DNA of 64,000 nucleotides, from contig CM082586.2 of the NCBI GenBank assembly GCA_040954595.2, positions 649,123 through 713,122 of the forward strand, in the 5' to 3' direction. Both the position numbers and the translations under genes were made by a program. The notes under the pieces are model-generated. The model was not told the origin of the DNA, ran no database searches, and saw only the letters and a program-made list of their open reading frames with translations. Positions 1 through 14,118 of the stretch are shown piece by piece (within the stretch, counting starts at the first letter, position 1; every line of letters starts with the position of its first letter). This DNA is from Balanoglossus misakiensis. Taxonomy: Eukaryota; Animalia; Hemichordata.

Positions 1-399
1 TATAAATGGATTCCTAATCTAATAAAATTATTATCTTTCAGAGAGATTGCCTAACTCGGTAGCAGTGCGATCTATTCCATTAAAATTTACGCCAAACGAT
101 ACAAAGTATAATCAGTTAGATGTATGAAAAAATGCATTAGCCTTCCAGAGACGTATTACTATAATTTGATAAATAAATATGCTTAAATCGACACAAACTC
201 CTACAATGCTGCTTTTCAAAGCAGCATATATTGAATAAAAGGGAAAATCGGGAATCATAATTTCGTTAAAAATTCCCACTGCTGTAATGCATGTCGGGAT
301 GGCGCCGAATTCTTACCAATCGTAGAGACTTCGAGAGTCGTCGATTGTCGGTATTCCCTCGAATAACTTTGATTGTAGATGCATTCAATTCAAATGATT

Positions 400-452
400 A
401 ATTGGTGACGATTCCGCTACAGCTTGGTGTTGCATGGACAATCCATTAACAA
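400..452. repeat. 53-bp dispersed direct repeat, copy 1 (copy 2 at 1363..1415)
   Basis: aattggtgac...ctacagcttg(g/a)tgt(t/c)gcatggac(a/g)atccattaacaa; ungapped alignment 44/53 identical by manual count. Confidence 0.8.
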
Positions 453-1362
453 TGGCTGAACTCACTGACCGTGACCGCTAAGTATCTCAGGCTTTGTGCT
501 TCTCAGCAATACGGTTTTCTGAACTTCTTGGACTATGTATGTGCATGAACCTTAGCGTCTGAGCTTTATATGGGAAATCACTGAATAGCGTTTGTGATTT
601 GTATATTTACACAGCACCTGTCTACGTCAGAGTATACGTGTACGATGTGCACCCACTAAATGAGAGAGTTAGGTTGAGTCAACAAAGCTTTCTACTAAGT
701 TATCAGAGCAGAACTGAGTTATGCTTGTGGAGGGGGCACGGTGATATATTTGGCCATCTACCGTATCCGATGACATCAACGCTGTCGTACAGTCACACTC
801 GATAAAAGGAAAGGCTTTGATTTCCTGTTGGCTAAAGACTAAGTCCAAGGTGATTCCGTGAAATAACGGGATATTTCACCAAAACTTTAATTGGGGGAAA
901 CAGGAGTGGTCTAATCGGTCCCACTAAATTTAAATTCAACGACTTCCGGTGTTTGTGTGTTGGTGTCCAAGCTCATCTTCTGTTTTTCTGTGGTGACGAA
1001 TTCTAGCGTACCTGTGAGACACTTTAATGACTTCTACCCTGCCTTTTGTCCTGTACTCCTGAAGTTGCCGTGATCGCCACCATAATTGGCCAACTTCGTG
1101 ATCCATCTTTAATATTAGGCAGAGCCCCTAGGTTTATTGCTACATGCACATGACCAATCGGGGGACAATAACTAAGATTTTTGACAATTGTAAAATAAAA
1201 TTGTAGCGTATACTGGGGCGTTTCGAGACAAAATTTTACAACTTGCTATAATTGATGTCGTTTTGTCAGCTTGGTCCTTATCGTGGGTTTCTCGCTGTAA
1301 ACACGTGCCTTATATTGTTTACAATAAAAAATACCAATGTTTTCAAACTTATGTTGTCGTAA

Positions 1363-1415
1363 AATTGGTGACAGTGGGTCTACAGCTTGATGTCGCATGG
1401 ACGATCCATTAACAA
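1363..1415. repeat. 53-bp dispersed direct repeat, copy 2
   Basis: Collinear with 400..452, 44/53 identical. Confidence 0.8.
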
Positions 1416-4400
1416 AACTACAATAGCGTGTCAAGGCATTCCTTCGTTCATCGAACAGAATGATCTATGACACTAAGCTACTTTGCATTTGTTTGCTTCG
1501 CCGCTTCGAAAAACCTTCGGACATTTGAAAGTGAATCAACTTGAAGGTCGCACGTCTTAGCCTTGTTTTCATTTTGTCCGTGAGTAATTGGAAAATAATC
1601 CATATACTTATGCATCGCAATTCATGAGATCAGTATATAGACACATTTCAAAGCCGCCACCTCTTTTATAACACGTGGCAGTCATGGGGGGGGGGACTGT
1701 GGTATGAATGGTATCCTGTACTTGTAGGGCTTCTTATGGGTTGAAAATCAAGTGCTATTTACTGCCAAAGTGGTAATAAGATTTGTACGTATTAGCCTGA
1801 GACTGTTTTGAAAGACAGACAACATTATCACCCATAATGCGATCGATTATTCACGAATAATTTTCAGCATGTGGTGGTGTGTTATCTGTGTCCTGAAACC
1901 AATCATTGATCTGAATATTTACGCAGATGTTTGATGTTACGTCACACAATATGGTACACCTGTTTAGTCAATCAATAGACAAGTGGTACCAGACGGTGAA
2001 CCACCGTGGTCTTATCGTTTTTCTCATCTGTGAATATGAGTGTCGGTCGCTGTTTGTAAAGTATGAGCACTGGCTCCGCTGTACATTTTGTTTGTGACTC
2101 GTTGAACCAGATTTAATGATGTCATCGCGGGTACAGGGTGTTTCCACGACAACCGGTCACCCCGGGTTAAAGAGAAACTTTAGTGTACGATCTGAAAGAA
2201 GAGGTACAGCATCAACTTGTGTGTAATGTATGAGACATGTTACAAGCTGTCTGCGAGTTAAGTGTTGTAATGATCCTTCGTTACTGCGTTACACGACGCA
2301 AACGCTGTTGTCAGTCTGTGAATCGTAGTTCAGTCTAGACCCTCTCTCTAAGGTCAATGATTTCAGCCCTTCAAAAACAAGCATCATCTCGTAATCAATG
2401 ACGTGCGAATCCTGTCAACATGGGCATCGACAAAAGCCTTCAATCACTGTCGATTTGCAGTCAGGTCCCTGTACTTTAAGAATATTCTCGTCACCAGGGT
2501 AACCGCCCATATGTCATCACAGAAAAGTAGAGCACATCCTTTTGATAAAGTTCGGTGTAACTAAATAGAGACGTAGCCAATATATACACACAGACAACGT
2601 CAATTATGACATGTATATATAGTCAGGGCAGAATTTCATTGGTCCATTCACCGCTGTCAAATACCTGACACGGAGCAAACGACTACCTGGATACAAAAAC
2701 GTGACTTAGCCCATAATGGCGGCCATCTCGAAAACGGAAACCATGGTACACTATCGCCAAGTTGCCCCCGGGCAGAGTCTTTCAAGCACCTTAGAGGGGA
2801 TCAAATCAAACAATCCGATCCTTTTACTGGCATAACAAAAGAAAGTGGAGTATATATAACATGGGTGCCCATTGGTTGTGACAGTTATGGCTTTTAGCGA
2901 ACACTTTCCCACCACGAGTGATGGAGACAAGGTGCGAACACGGTACACCGAGTGTCAACAGCTACCACTTCGCTACTTGACATCGGGACAAACAGAACAC
3001 TTTGCAAAAGAATCCACCGAGTTCATTGTTAAAAAAATAAAGCGATGTTGTCGATAGAAAGTTTTGTTCGCTGGACGTGTACGCTGAAAAGACCGATGGC
3101 TTGGCCAGTTGAATCTTTTGCTGTTGTTTGGTAAACAAACAAACATGTCCAAGAATCTGACCTACACAATTCCGAAATAAGTCACTTCATACTTTGCGTC
3201 TCCTTCGATTAGTTGCAAGGATCAGAGGTCACGTGTCAATTGAAGTGATGAGTGATCAATCTCATCCCAGCCGTGAAATCAAATCAAATCAAATCAGCGT
3301 TTTGTAAATTAAAATAGTTTTGGTAGTGTTTTTCATAGTACAACTTGATAGATTACCAGATTGGCCGCATTGCTGCACATGTTACAAGAAGGTGCCTATA
3401 GGCACAGCCTAGACGATTTAATTCCCCAGCGATGCGGATACCCTTTGGCTCGAACCCAGTTACTGTCTTTTAAATGCTGTATAGATTCGGGCTAACAACA
3501 AATGGACTGTGCTGTGTGTTTTGTAGATACTTGATTCAATGTTGTCGTTCTGTGCGGGTTTTAGGACTGTTCTAAAAGCAGGGACTATAGAACTGGGTTA
3601 AAATTACAGTTAAGTTGTTGACGTTACTACGGTTGGCAGCAAATAGATTCGAAGGCAGTAAATAGATTGGAAAACACTGTATTATGCCCCTATACACAAG
3701 GGACCGCAGGCTGGCCTGACCCGCGACTGTAGGTCGCGAGCTGCAAAAGATGTCGTTTACCGTTTGCATATTCCAATGAAATGTAATGGAACGGATTTCG
3801 GTTTGAAGAAAAGTCTTGTTTAGGGTTTGATTTCGATTTCAGGTGTTCATAGGGTCAAAATACGAAAACGACGAAAGTAACGTTATGATATTCGGATATA
3901 TCTGCACTGAAATTACAACTTTTTGATGCTTTAAAGTTCAAAACTTCACAGTAGCATGTAAACGTTACTTAGCTATGGGAAACTTACGATAGCAAAAGTT
4001 GACCGTAGTCCACAGACCGTAACTGTCGTCATCCACGATTGGCGAAACACCAAGAATTCGGACTCTATCAGGAATTTTGAAGCAATGTCACTTCTTCTCT
4101 CTTTGGATCAAGGTTGAATCCACGCACACATTTGTTTCATCATGTGAGTAGTGATCACGTACAGTGTTGTGTTCATGCAGCTAGGTCGACCAGTGCAAGT
4201 TGTCGTGACTTCCGAATCGACGAAATTGTCGCTATTTTAAACGGTTCTTAAATGGTGGTACGCTATGTCTGTGATGTATACGATGTTGTCACAGGGCTGT
4301 CATTGGGTGCGCCTTGCCATTCAGGTCTTGCCAAAGGAACTAAATAGCCGCGATTGTTCAAATAATAGAACGTGATCAGAACATTAAACCACTTTAACAT

Positions 4401-7400
4401 TTACAGCGGATGATATATAGCGAAGCAGAACGCCCAGTAGAACGATTTACACCTTCATTCCTTGAATTGGCGAGAATTCTGTCGCTGAAATAGATGCTGT
4501 ATGGGTGTCTACGTGTCACTTGTAGCATCATCTCGATAACTGTCATGTTGTAACACCTACTGTTTCCCACACACTTTGAGGTACATAAGGTATCCCAGCT
4601 GAGATTTCATATTCACGTCTTAATTTTAGTGTCCACATTTCGGAAACAAACTTGATAGTGAGATCAAAAATTCCAATGTCCCACGCCTCGTGTAAACTCT
4701 GTCACTGATGGGTACTGAAGGAATGCTCAGTAATCGAATATCATTAGTTTTATAATAACCCGTATTGAATCTTTCCGTGGTACTACAGTTTTGCGCCTTA
4801 GCAATTCTATTGATCAGCAAACTTTCATGCTCTGGGGATTAAAAAGAATGGCCCGTTGGAATTCATTTATTCATATTCATATGCTATTGTGATCTCTCGA
4901 AGGTCTCTTGGTGTAACAGTTTTGCACGAATGCCATAGCTGGGTTCTGTAGCAATCACTGTAGCAACGGCTTCGATGTTATTTACAATTTGACACAATAC
5001 TTTCAGATCCCGTTGGGATTTGCGAAATTTTTAATAGTGATTGGAATTCGCATATTCTTACAAATGGGCGTAAGGACGTAAACATAGGTTTTCTTTCAAC
5101 TCAAAGGACCAGAGAAAAAAGTTCATGCCATGTGTTATTTGTCCTGTGTCGCGTGTTGTTTGTCCTGGAATATCCTCCCATGTAAACTGCATAGCCACGC
5201 GAGATCTCGTAGGGTCTCGTGTAGTTCTGAAAATAGTCTATTGAAAATAACTTAACGCGTACTTCGGGGACTGAAAGATACTTGTCATGTAATATGTTTT
5301 AGTTGGCAGATTATCACAAGTCAAATTCTGTCAACAACCGAAAAATAACAAAAGGCCACAAAATATGGTCACTGAAGCATCACAGAGTACGTTGGTATTT
5401 AATGTCTCCGCCGTCGACACGCACCGCTTCACGGCAATTAACTTTTCTTTTGACATAGCACACTGTTAATGGTACCCTTATAGTTTATCGACTCTCGTTA
5501 AAGGGGGTCATAACATTTTTTAATTTTAGGTTATTAAAAGTCGCTTCTCCGTTGTCATCTCGAGGACATATCCGTGGAAGCAAAAATGCGAGGAAGGTCA
5601 CCCTTTTACGGTCGGTGAAATAGTTTGAATCATCATTATGAAAGAATTCGGTCATTTAGAGACTTTTTTCGAATCTTAAAAATGCACCAAAGTCACGTAG
5701 GTGTACAATAGATACTTTGTGATGTAATAACCACTGACATTTCAAAAATTAGCAACAGTTATTTTGAAGAAAGTTCCACAACGATGTGGTAAATGTATGG
5801 CAAAATATATAAACAGTTTTTTTACGTCATTGACCACAATTGAGAAAATAAAACGAAAACAAGGAACTATTTACCATAAACAAACGTATACCAAGAAGGG
5901 GAAAACATACCGTCTGTGTCACAAAGTTTTCATCAAAAGTAATAACGTGTTAATTGTGTTAGATCCACATTAGAATATTACAATGCCAGTTGTACGCGGC
6001 CACATCACTCATCACGATTCAATCTTGCCGACTTGTCGCCATCACGAACTTTGACCAATATGAAGACAATCAGAGCCAGTTGATGTTATCCAATATATTG
6101 ACGTAATCAATTTTGTTGATAGACACATTAATCTAAGTTTTGCAGTATATCATGGTGCCCGCCACCCCATACTTGTTTACTGGATATGATAAACAAAAGA
6201 TCCGTGTACAGATCACACCAGTGTCTTGACCGCCACTGCCCGACGTTCAATCATCTTCTACCCTAACCCCATAATCATCCACGGTTGATCGTTAACTACA
6301 AAGTACTTCAAAGAGAGTTCTATCGCATCGTTGTGGTGGATCGACCATGACAACAACAGATTTCTGGTATCAAGCTTTACAAATTCTACAATAATACGGG
6401 GGTATAGATTCGTACATCGTTTACTCGTGTTAATGATCTTTATCGTTTTGTCGAGTGGGTGTTATTTCAGCGTTGCTGGGATTTGATTTGAAAACTCTTA
6501 GAAATAAATCAACGGCAAAACATCAAGATTATCCGAACGTGACTGCATTTGTCTGGTAATACATACATTAGCTGGATGCAATTTGTCTCCCAGATTCCAA
6601 CTTTTCAGCGTTACTCGGAACTAAAAATAGACAATACTGCCATTCGTTTCATAGATTAATGTTTGTTGCTAACCGGTGTGTTTGAAATGTTGGATTTCAA
6701 ATGTTCCAGCGATTCCATAAACTAGCTTGTCCGATTCAAGGAGGTCTGTACCTCAGAAAATTTACCGACCTCCACACTAAACATCTTGGCCACCTGTTGC
6801 ATGATTATAGGGAAGATAGATACAGAGAACGAAGATCGACTATAAGTATATCACAGACACTCACACACACAGATGCAATGCATGTGTGGGTGTTGTCTCT
6901 AACTGAAGATAGCAATTATGAGCACACTGCAAGAACACGTCAACTGATTCTATACTGTCAGTAGACAATATGTCAACATTATCCCTGTATGTTAGAGGTA
7001 GACCTATTGGACTGGGTGATTCGATATGCGTGCGACAGCTGGAACGACTCAAGTCACAGTGTTGACAGTAGTGGGCGTGTATTCTCGTGTACAAATTTGC
7101 GGACTGTCGAGAATTGTTGAGCGTCGCAATCGTGCAAATAAGTTTAAAATAGACTCGAGGTTTTTGCTTTTAACGTCATATGGTTCTTGTAACCGCGGGT
7201 GACACATAAGGCATAAAATAGAAGATTTATTGACTGTCCTTATGGACAACAGTTTTTTTCTTTCCCAGGAGACTATTTTTCCAGACTTTAAACTACAGTA
7301 GTCAGGTTTACGAAACAAAAATAAGTGGACCCATTTCGAAACATAGTGCACTATATCCTCAGACTAAACAATAAACATGTCTGGCCAGAGGTGTATTTTA

Positions 7401-9477
7401 TCTAAAGAATCCTGACGTACCTTATTACATGAACTCCGAGTTTTCCATTCCACCCGACCTCAGAAATCTTCCTTCACTCGTTGCGACAAAATGTGCATTA
7501 AGATATAACAGTTAGAAGTGTTCGGGAGCGCTAACAGTATGGTGACCATTTACCCTCTTTGTGATCTTTCTAAACACTGTTCAGTGCATCTATCATCAGA
7601 GTTATAAACTGATTCCACGGTGTTAACAGAAAGTACCCGATCCGCTTGGCATCACATATATATAGCAACGAGGTGCTATCTTTCCAGGTCTTCACAGGTC
7701 AAAAGCGTTTGAGAGTGTTTCCACGCTTTTCATGATTTCAGCTGACGGTGTCCACAAATAAAATCTTGTTGACTGTGAGAGTTTCAACCACAACAGTCTA
7801 CACTCTCACAATGAACGTCCTAGGAAGTCTACTCGTGTGTTATTCCCTCGATTTTCCAGGTTACGCAATTTTTTGTTCCAATGGTCTGATGACCAGACCC
7901 AATGAAGAGCAAACACAATGCACCTTGAGCATTGTCACTCGAGTGATGGCGCGCTATTGTTACCAAACAAAGTGAACAGAAATGAATGCTCGCTATTTTC
8001 ACGGCAAAGAGCAGTGTACACACTCCCCCAATTCCCAAAAAGCTCCCAGACAACAGGTTCAATACCGATGACAATATCTACAAGTAGTCAGCGATAAAGA
8101 ACGTCATGTATGCTTTGGACGATTACCAGAAACCTCCTTCCAATCTCCTGAAAGAAATCACAGTCCCTCTATGAAACCCATTGTTCACCTTATTAGGAAA
8201 TTGTGTTCCAATTCCTGATTTTGAAAGAACGTCTCAGATGAACTTTGTCTCGTTATTGATTCTTTAACACTGATTGTCCCCCCCCCCCCCCAATTTCTTG
8301 GAGAAAATGGGTGCCCACCCCCCCTGAAAACCCTCCGAGATTATGAGTTTCCACTCTTTTTAAAGTTCACAATGGTTTGGCCGTTGGCTACGTCTGATTA
8401 CTTATGTTCTTTTGAGACTCTGACAATCGTCTTAAAGTTATAAGACATTAAAGCAAAGAGAATTAGATAATATAAACAAGTCCGGCCCTGTGGTACAGAT
8501 GCTAAATTTAGACTTTTGTTGTCAATGAGCACAAATTAACGTATTAACGCATACTTACATGTAATTACTGTTTGAAGTTCATCAGTGCTTTCTCCAATTG
8601 TTCAACGATCGCATTACCCTTGTTTACATGGCTTCGTAGACTTAGAGAATCTTTTGACTCTCACAGCACACATGATTAGAGATTCCAAGTGACTGAATGC
8701 CCAGCTTATCAAATGGTATCTGGCTATCTCAAAAATATGATTTCAAGGCCTAGATGTGGTTGTCTTCTTACGCCATATTGATTTCTTTGATAACACATGC
8801 ATTGTTAAGATGATTCAACAGGAAGAACATACGCAACGAATATATTTGCAAATTTTTACTCTTTATTTTAGAAGTAAAAGCAAAAGATGTCAGCTTACTC
8901 AATTTTTATGTCTTCAAATTTTTCAAAGTGATATACAACATTTAACATTTCAGCTGAAATAGTTGCAATTTAAACACGTAACTTTAAACATACATTTTGC
9001 CAGTCCGAAGGGTTTATAAGTTAAAGCAACAATGCATTGGTTGTGGGTCTGCAAGAATAACTTTAAAATATAAACCTTGCAAAAATATAGTTTCTTCACA
9101 GAAACATGGGTGGGCTTGTCATTCCATGAAATGCAAAGTCTTGGTCCAAAATATTAACTGACTAAAAGGTGAACATGTAGCAAAACATATAACAAGGAAA
9201 CTTTCAATACATCTGGAACAGGATCTTTGTTGGATCAAACTGCGTAGATCAAATTGTTTAAAATTGCAATTCACTCAGAATATTTTACTGCCATACAGGA
9301 TGGATAAACGGGAAGAAATTGTTCAATTTGCACAACTATCTTTATCATGTTTATGTACAGATGACTCATAATATACAGGACTTCTGAAGAGAAGGAATTT
9401 GATGAACTCTTCATCTTGACTGTTCTTGTTGGGTTATAGATAAAATAAAATAAAATAACTTTTGGACAGAAGCTTAA

Positions 9478-9703
9478 AGGGGCACCGGTTGTATCTTTGT
9501 GGTATTTTTGCACTACTTTTTAATATGTATTGGATCGCAAAACTACATCTGTGTCTAGACATCAATTGATTTGTCGCCAACAAAGCATAAAATATTCAAG
9601 TAGGCAAAGTACAGAAATCAGAAATTCAAATACTGTGGAATATATATAAGCTTACATAACAAAAAATACTGAAAACACCTCAACAGTCACAACCACTGCC
9701 CCT
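9478..9703. mobile_element. 226-bp MITE, Kolobok/T2-like (AGG-starting TIRs, TTAA target), in the RNGTT 3' UTR region
   Basis: ttaa|AGGGGCACCGGTTGT ... ACAACCACTGCCCCT|ttga; TIRs match at 13/15; no ORF. Confidence 0.65.
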
Positions 9704-9729
9704 TTGAAAGCTGTGATTCAAGCTTTGTT

Positions 9730-12700
9730 CTATCTTGGTCTTGGAGGCGGCATTAGTTTGGAGTCATGGCTCTGTTGTTGTTGTTGACCTTTGTGTTGCT
9801 GGGTTGGTTGAGGGCGCCATCTTTGTTCCTCGATGAATCCACACAGATATTTCTGATCAACGGGATACATGATGCTGTTACATACACCTAAGGGACAAAG
9901 AATGGATTTATGTTAAACTATAAACAAGAGATACCTTACAGAAATCAACAGAATAGATAGGATGTAGACTGAAAACCACACTGATACAAGGAAGACGGAA
10001 AAAACTCACCCATGGCAGTAGACTCACTGTTCGGAAAACTCTTGTCCGTTCTCTCTCTAAGGAACACCCATGTCTGTTTCTCAGAATCAAAGCTGCATTC
10101 AATGATCTTATTGTCATATCCTTTCAGCTCCTTTGTCAACTACAGATGAAAAATGTTAACATTACATGACTCTTAATACAGTGTATATTGTAAAAATTAT
10201 GGTCAAGCATATCTGCTTCTGACCTCATAGTGTGTTGTGAACATGTGCACATGTTAAAGAGAAAGGGTGAACTTACTGGTCGGATCTCTGCAAATGGAAT
10301 ATCTCTTCCTCCGACATACAAATAACCATGTGTCTCTGGTAGCATACTGTCAAGGATAAAAACAACAGTTTCCATGTCAATGAAAGAAACAAGTGAAAAA
10401 CTCAATATTTCATTTAACATACATTTCATGAGATAAGGATTATAGTTGGCAAAAGTTTCCAGACATACCCAGGCCTTTCCACCCTTTGTACTTTCAGCTT
10501 GAAATCCACGGAGTTCAATGTCGGTGGTTTCCATTTTAAAACATTTTGACATCTTCCTGGTTCATATCTCTGAAAACAAGAATATTGTATATTAAAAAGA
10601 ATACATGAATTTAAAACCATCTCTGAGAGACATAACTTATAAACAAAAGAATAACAGGGTGAGGTAAAAAAAAACTAGATCTTTCTTAACTTGCATTGAT
10701 GTTTCGATAACATTATATTTACCATAATAATTGCAAATACTTACGTCAGGAACTGGTTGAAATATCAAACCATCAATCTCATGGCCACACTCCTGCGCAA
10801 ACTTTCCATCAAGAAGCTGCAAGAAATAAGAAAGAACTTTCTTACAATCTAGAGTATTATGTTCTTATCATGATGTAAGGTTGATATAGGCATACATTAT
10901 GTCCATGAAAAATAGGTCAATATAATACACAGGCCACCAATTTGACTTACCTTCTTCACAGTTGTTACATCCCAGAATGGTTTGGCTCGGACACTGAACG
11001 GTTCTCTGGCTCTATCGATCTTTCCCTGTTTGACCCATTCATGTCTTGGACCGATGATTTCTTTTGTGATGCACAGTAACCTTCTGTCAAAATCTGTGTC
11101 ACCAACTGGTTGCCCCTGGAAACATAGCATTCATATTTCCCTATAACTCGCCACAATATTTTGTTTATCAATCAGATGTGTTTCATATTGCCTCAATGGC
11201 TACACCCAGAACAAAATCACACAAACATGGACATTATTAGACAACTCACCTCAAACTTAATAATGTCATAAATAAGATACCTTGGAACAGACTGACCATT
11301 GACTTTGTCGATGACCATTTCCTGTGGAATACAAACACAGACAATGCATCTATGGTGTAACAATAGATTCTTCATAGTTAGCACAAGTAGGGGTCAGTAT
11401 ATGAACTCAATTAGGCAATGATTTGGAAGGTAAGATTTCGAGGAACTGAGGAAACATATGAAAACGTCACTTACACCATCCAGTAGTGTGTTTGTTAGGT
11501 GTCCATCTTCTTTCCTCTTAGGAAAAACTAAATGTGGAACTACAAAGACTGCATTATCTCTGTCAAACATGTAGATTTCACCCTTTCCTTCTATTAACAT
11601 CATGTACCTGGAAAAAGAATGTTTTCAAACCATGTGATTGAGTTACAGATATGACAGAACCTTGCATCTCAAAGTTGTCTATGAACATAAAATATAAACC
11701 TTTAACATACCTCACTCCATCAGCTTTCCAGCTAACTTTGTACGGTTTAAGATGAATAAAATTAATATTCTTTCTGTCCATGGAAACTGGTTGACTTCCT
11801 GGGAAACCATTCCTGCAAACAGAATGAATGTTTAATCCTTTCACCCCCAGTTCCCTCTATACAGGCCCAGTGGTTTATCAAAGAAAATAAAGGGTTATGT
11901 AAAAGAAAGTAGTCACAGTGTAGATTTTGTAATAAAACCTTGTCTTACTTTTGCCATCTACTCATGTCTTGACATTTCCTCTGCAACTGAATCAGTTTCG
12001 GTTGAGTGGTAAAATGTTCGACTCCCTCCACACCTTCCATGAATTTTGCATTCTGGGAAGACAAGTGGAAGCAAAGAATGGGGTAAGCGAATATAGGCAA
12101 TGTCTCGCTACTGCTAGGGTTAAAAGGTGAAAGATTAAATGTCACCAACATACCTGCTTAGAGAACTCATGTCTCCTTCTCTTCCTCTTGCCATCAATGT
12201 CACTTCCATCTGCAGCATTACCATCATCATCCTCACCGTCACCGTCATCATATTCTACAGAGATGATGAAAAAACTGAACATTTAACATATATAACTTCT
12301 AGATGAGTATTAGCCAATTTTGTTCCAGGTACATTTCATCCTAAAATTACAACATTGGCAAAAAGAGACCATCATGCATTTCACCTTTGCACCAATCCGG
12401 AAGTTCTGGTGGGGCAGGAGCATCATCCTTGTCACCATAGCGATTGAATAGTTCAATGATGTAATGATGCTTGTAGATTCCTGGTGACCTTGACTGTACA
12501 AAGGTTGCAACTGCAGCTTCAACACTGAAACAAACAAACAAACAAACAAATGATCACTCAACATCCAAATGGTCATATTGCCATGCCAGTTGGATGAAGT
12601 ATTGTGGTGATGGATTTTAAGGAGGCATCATAACAAGGATGAAATTGCAAGTGACTTACCTCCAGTCCAATTTCTCCACCAAGTAAGCTGCTATGAGAAA

Positions 12701-13313
12701 TCCTGTCCTGTTGAATCCATGAGTACAATGTACTCCTATGACTTCCAGTGGGTTCTTGGCTATGAATGTGGCACACATCTCAATAAACACTCTGGTTTGG
12801 TCTACTGATGGGCATTCCCCAATCCTGCAGGTACATGAAGTGAAATTGACAGTTAGACAATAGAAACTTATTATACATAAATCTAAGCCATTGCTTAACA
12901 TAATAACAACAAAACTTACCCCCTACACTGTAGTTTAAGATGTTTGACTCCCCGATTGTCTACTTCTTGTTTGTCATAATATCTTGTTGTGTTTGTCAAG
13001 TCGATCATCAATCCCATCTTTAGCTTCATACTGTCCAAGTATAAGAACAGCATGTTCAGATCAAATCGGTTTTCTTCTGGAATCTGGTCGTCATAGCGTG
13101 AACTCAGTGGTGTCTTGAATGGCAAGAATTTTCCTGTTAGGAATAAGAAATTACAGATACAATGTATAATTATACGACATGATGTTTATTTTATAAATGT
13201 CTGAAATCAATCAAATATTTGTATTTCCTTCAAAAAGTTCACATTAGTTCAAACTTACCTGCAACAAGCTGTCCTTTCCTTGGACAGTTGAGCCACCTTG
13301 GTGGTATGGACAT
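9730..13313 (-). CDS. RNGTT: mRNA capping enzyme (RNA triphosphatase + guanylyltransferase), multi-exon
   Basis: Start [14 protein letters not shown] (ATG 13313); triphosphatase P-loop [10 protein letters not shown]; GTase motif [10 protein letters not shown]...WKADG; DGLIF, LKWKP and [10 protein letters not shown] motifs; C-terminus LMPPPRPR* (TAG 9730-9732); all introns examined are GT-AG. Confidence 0.96.
11836..11894. mobile_element. Internally deleted copy of the 85-bp piggyBac-like MITE
   Basis: ttaa|tcctttcacccc ... aaaggg|ttat within an RNGTT intron; ends resemble copies at 41559 and 62651. Confidence 0.5.
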
Positions 13314-13499
13314 GGTTGTAGTATGTTTTCTCTAACAGAGTTAGATAGCAAAGTGTTTATACTGTCTCAGATCTGATTTCTGATAATCGACGATCAAATG
13401 TGAAAACGTAATCGAGCCTCGTTTTCTATGATCCCCAGGAATAAAATGTTTCAAGTGATCGGTGTGTACGTCTACCTTCAATACACAACGGTTCATAAC

Positions 13500-14110
13500 G
13501 TGCAAGAGTCTGCGACTGGCTTCTTCCACGCCACGGTACTGTAGTTCAAGTTAGAGTCAAAATGAGGAAAACAGAAGATTTCCTTGGTCCTTGTGTGTAT
13601 GTCGGGCACGACGCTGGATCTGACGATAAAATAGACTCGAACAATCTCAGGCAACGATCAGACTGTTTTTCAGCTTTCAGTACAGGGTTTTAAACCGAAA
13701 GGAATGCTGGCATAGTTTCGGATGAAGCTACGATGACTTCTGTGAACTAAAACATCAACACTTACATCGTGGGGATTTCCTCAGAGTATATACTTCCGGG
13801 TCACTATTAAATCATCATCAGTTAGCGTATACAGTTTACTGTGACGTCAGAGAAACTTGTACAAGTATGTTTCAAAAGCACTCCTAAGATTCTAAACAGT
13901 AGTGAGATAGTTGTTGACGTGCAGGATAAAATATTTCCATGTAAATTCCATAATTAACATGACGAAGGAATCTGTCGCATTAACTCTGTCAAAATAAAAC
14001 AGAATTCCAATTACATTGTCCGAGTTTTTACATTTCAGACATTTCATTTTTCCCCTTGTGTACTTTTTGTCACTGACATAGGCGGTTAAAAATCCAGGTG
14101 ATTCCCTTTT
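13500..14110. promoter_or_regulatory. Bidirectional promoter region of RNGTT/XRCC5
   Basis: About 800 bp between divergent ATGs; CpG-rich; ETS ACTTCCGG 13792-13799 and CRE TGACGTCA 13842-13849. Confidence 0.65.
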
Positions 14111-14118
14111 GAACCATC

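Noticed and set aside
599-9513. Short ORFs (60-100 aa) in the first 9.5 kb
   Set aside because: No recognisable domains, no consistent exon chain, many non-ATG starts; expected by chance
10347-10358. U12-like branch TCCTTGAC on the minus strand in an RNGTT intron
   Set aside because: It abuts the AG with no spacing, and the donor is GTATGT (U2 type)
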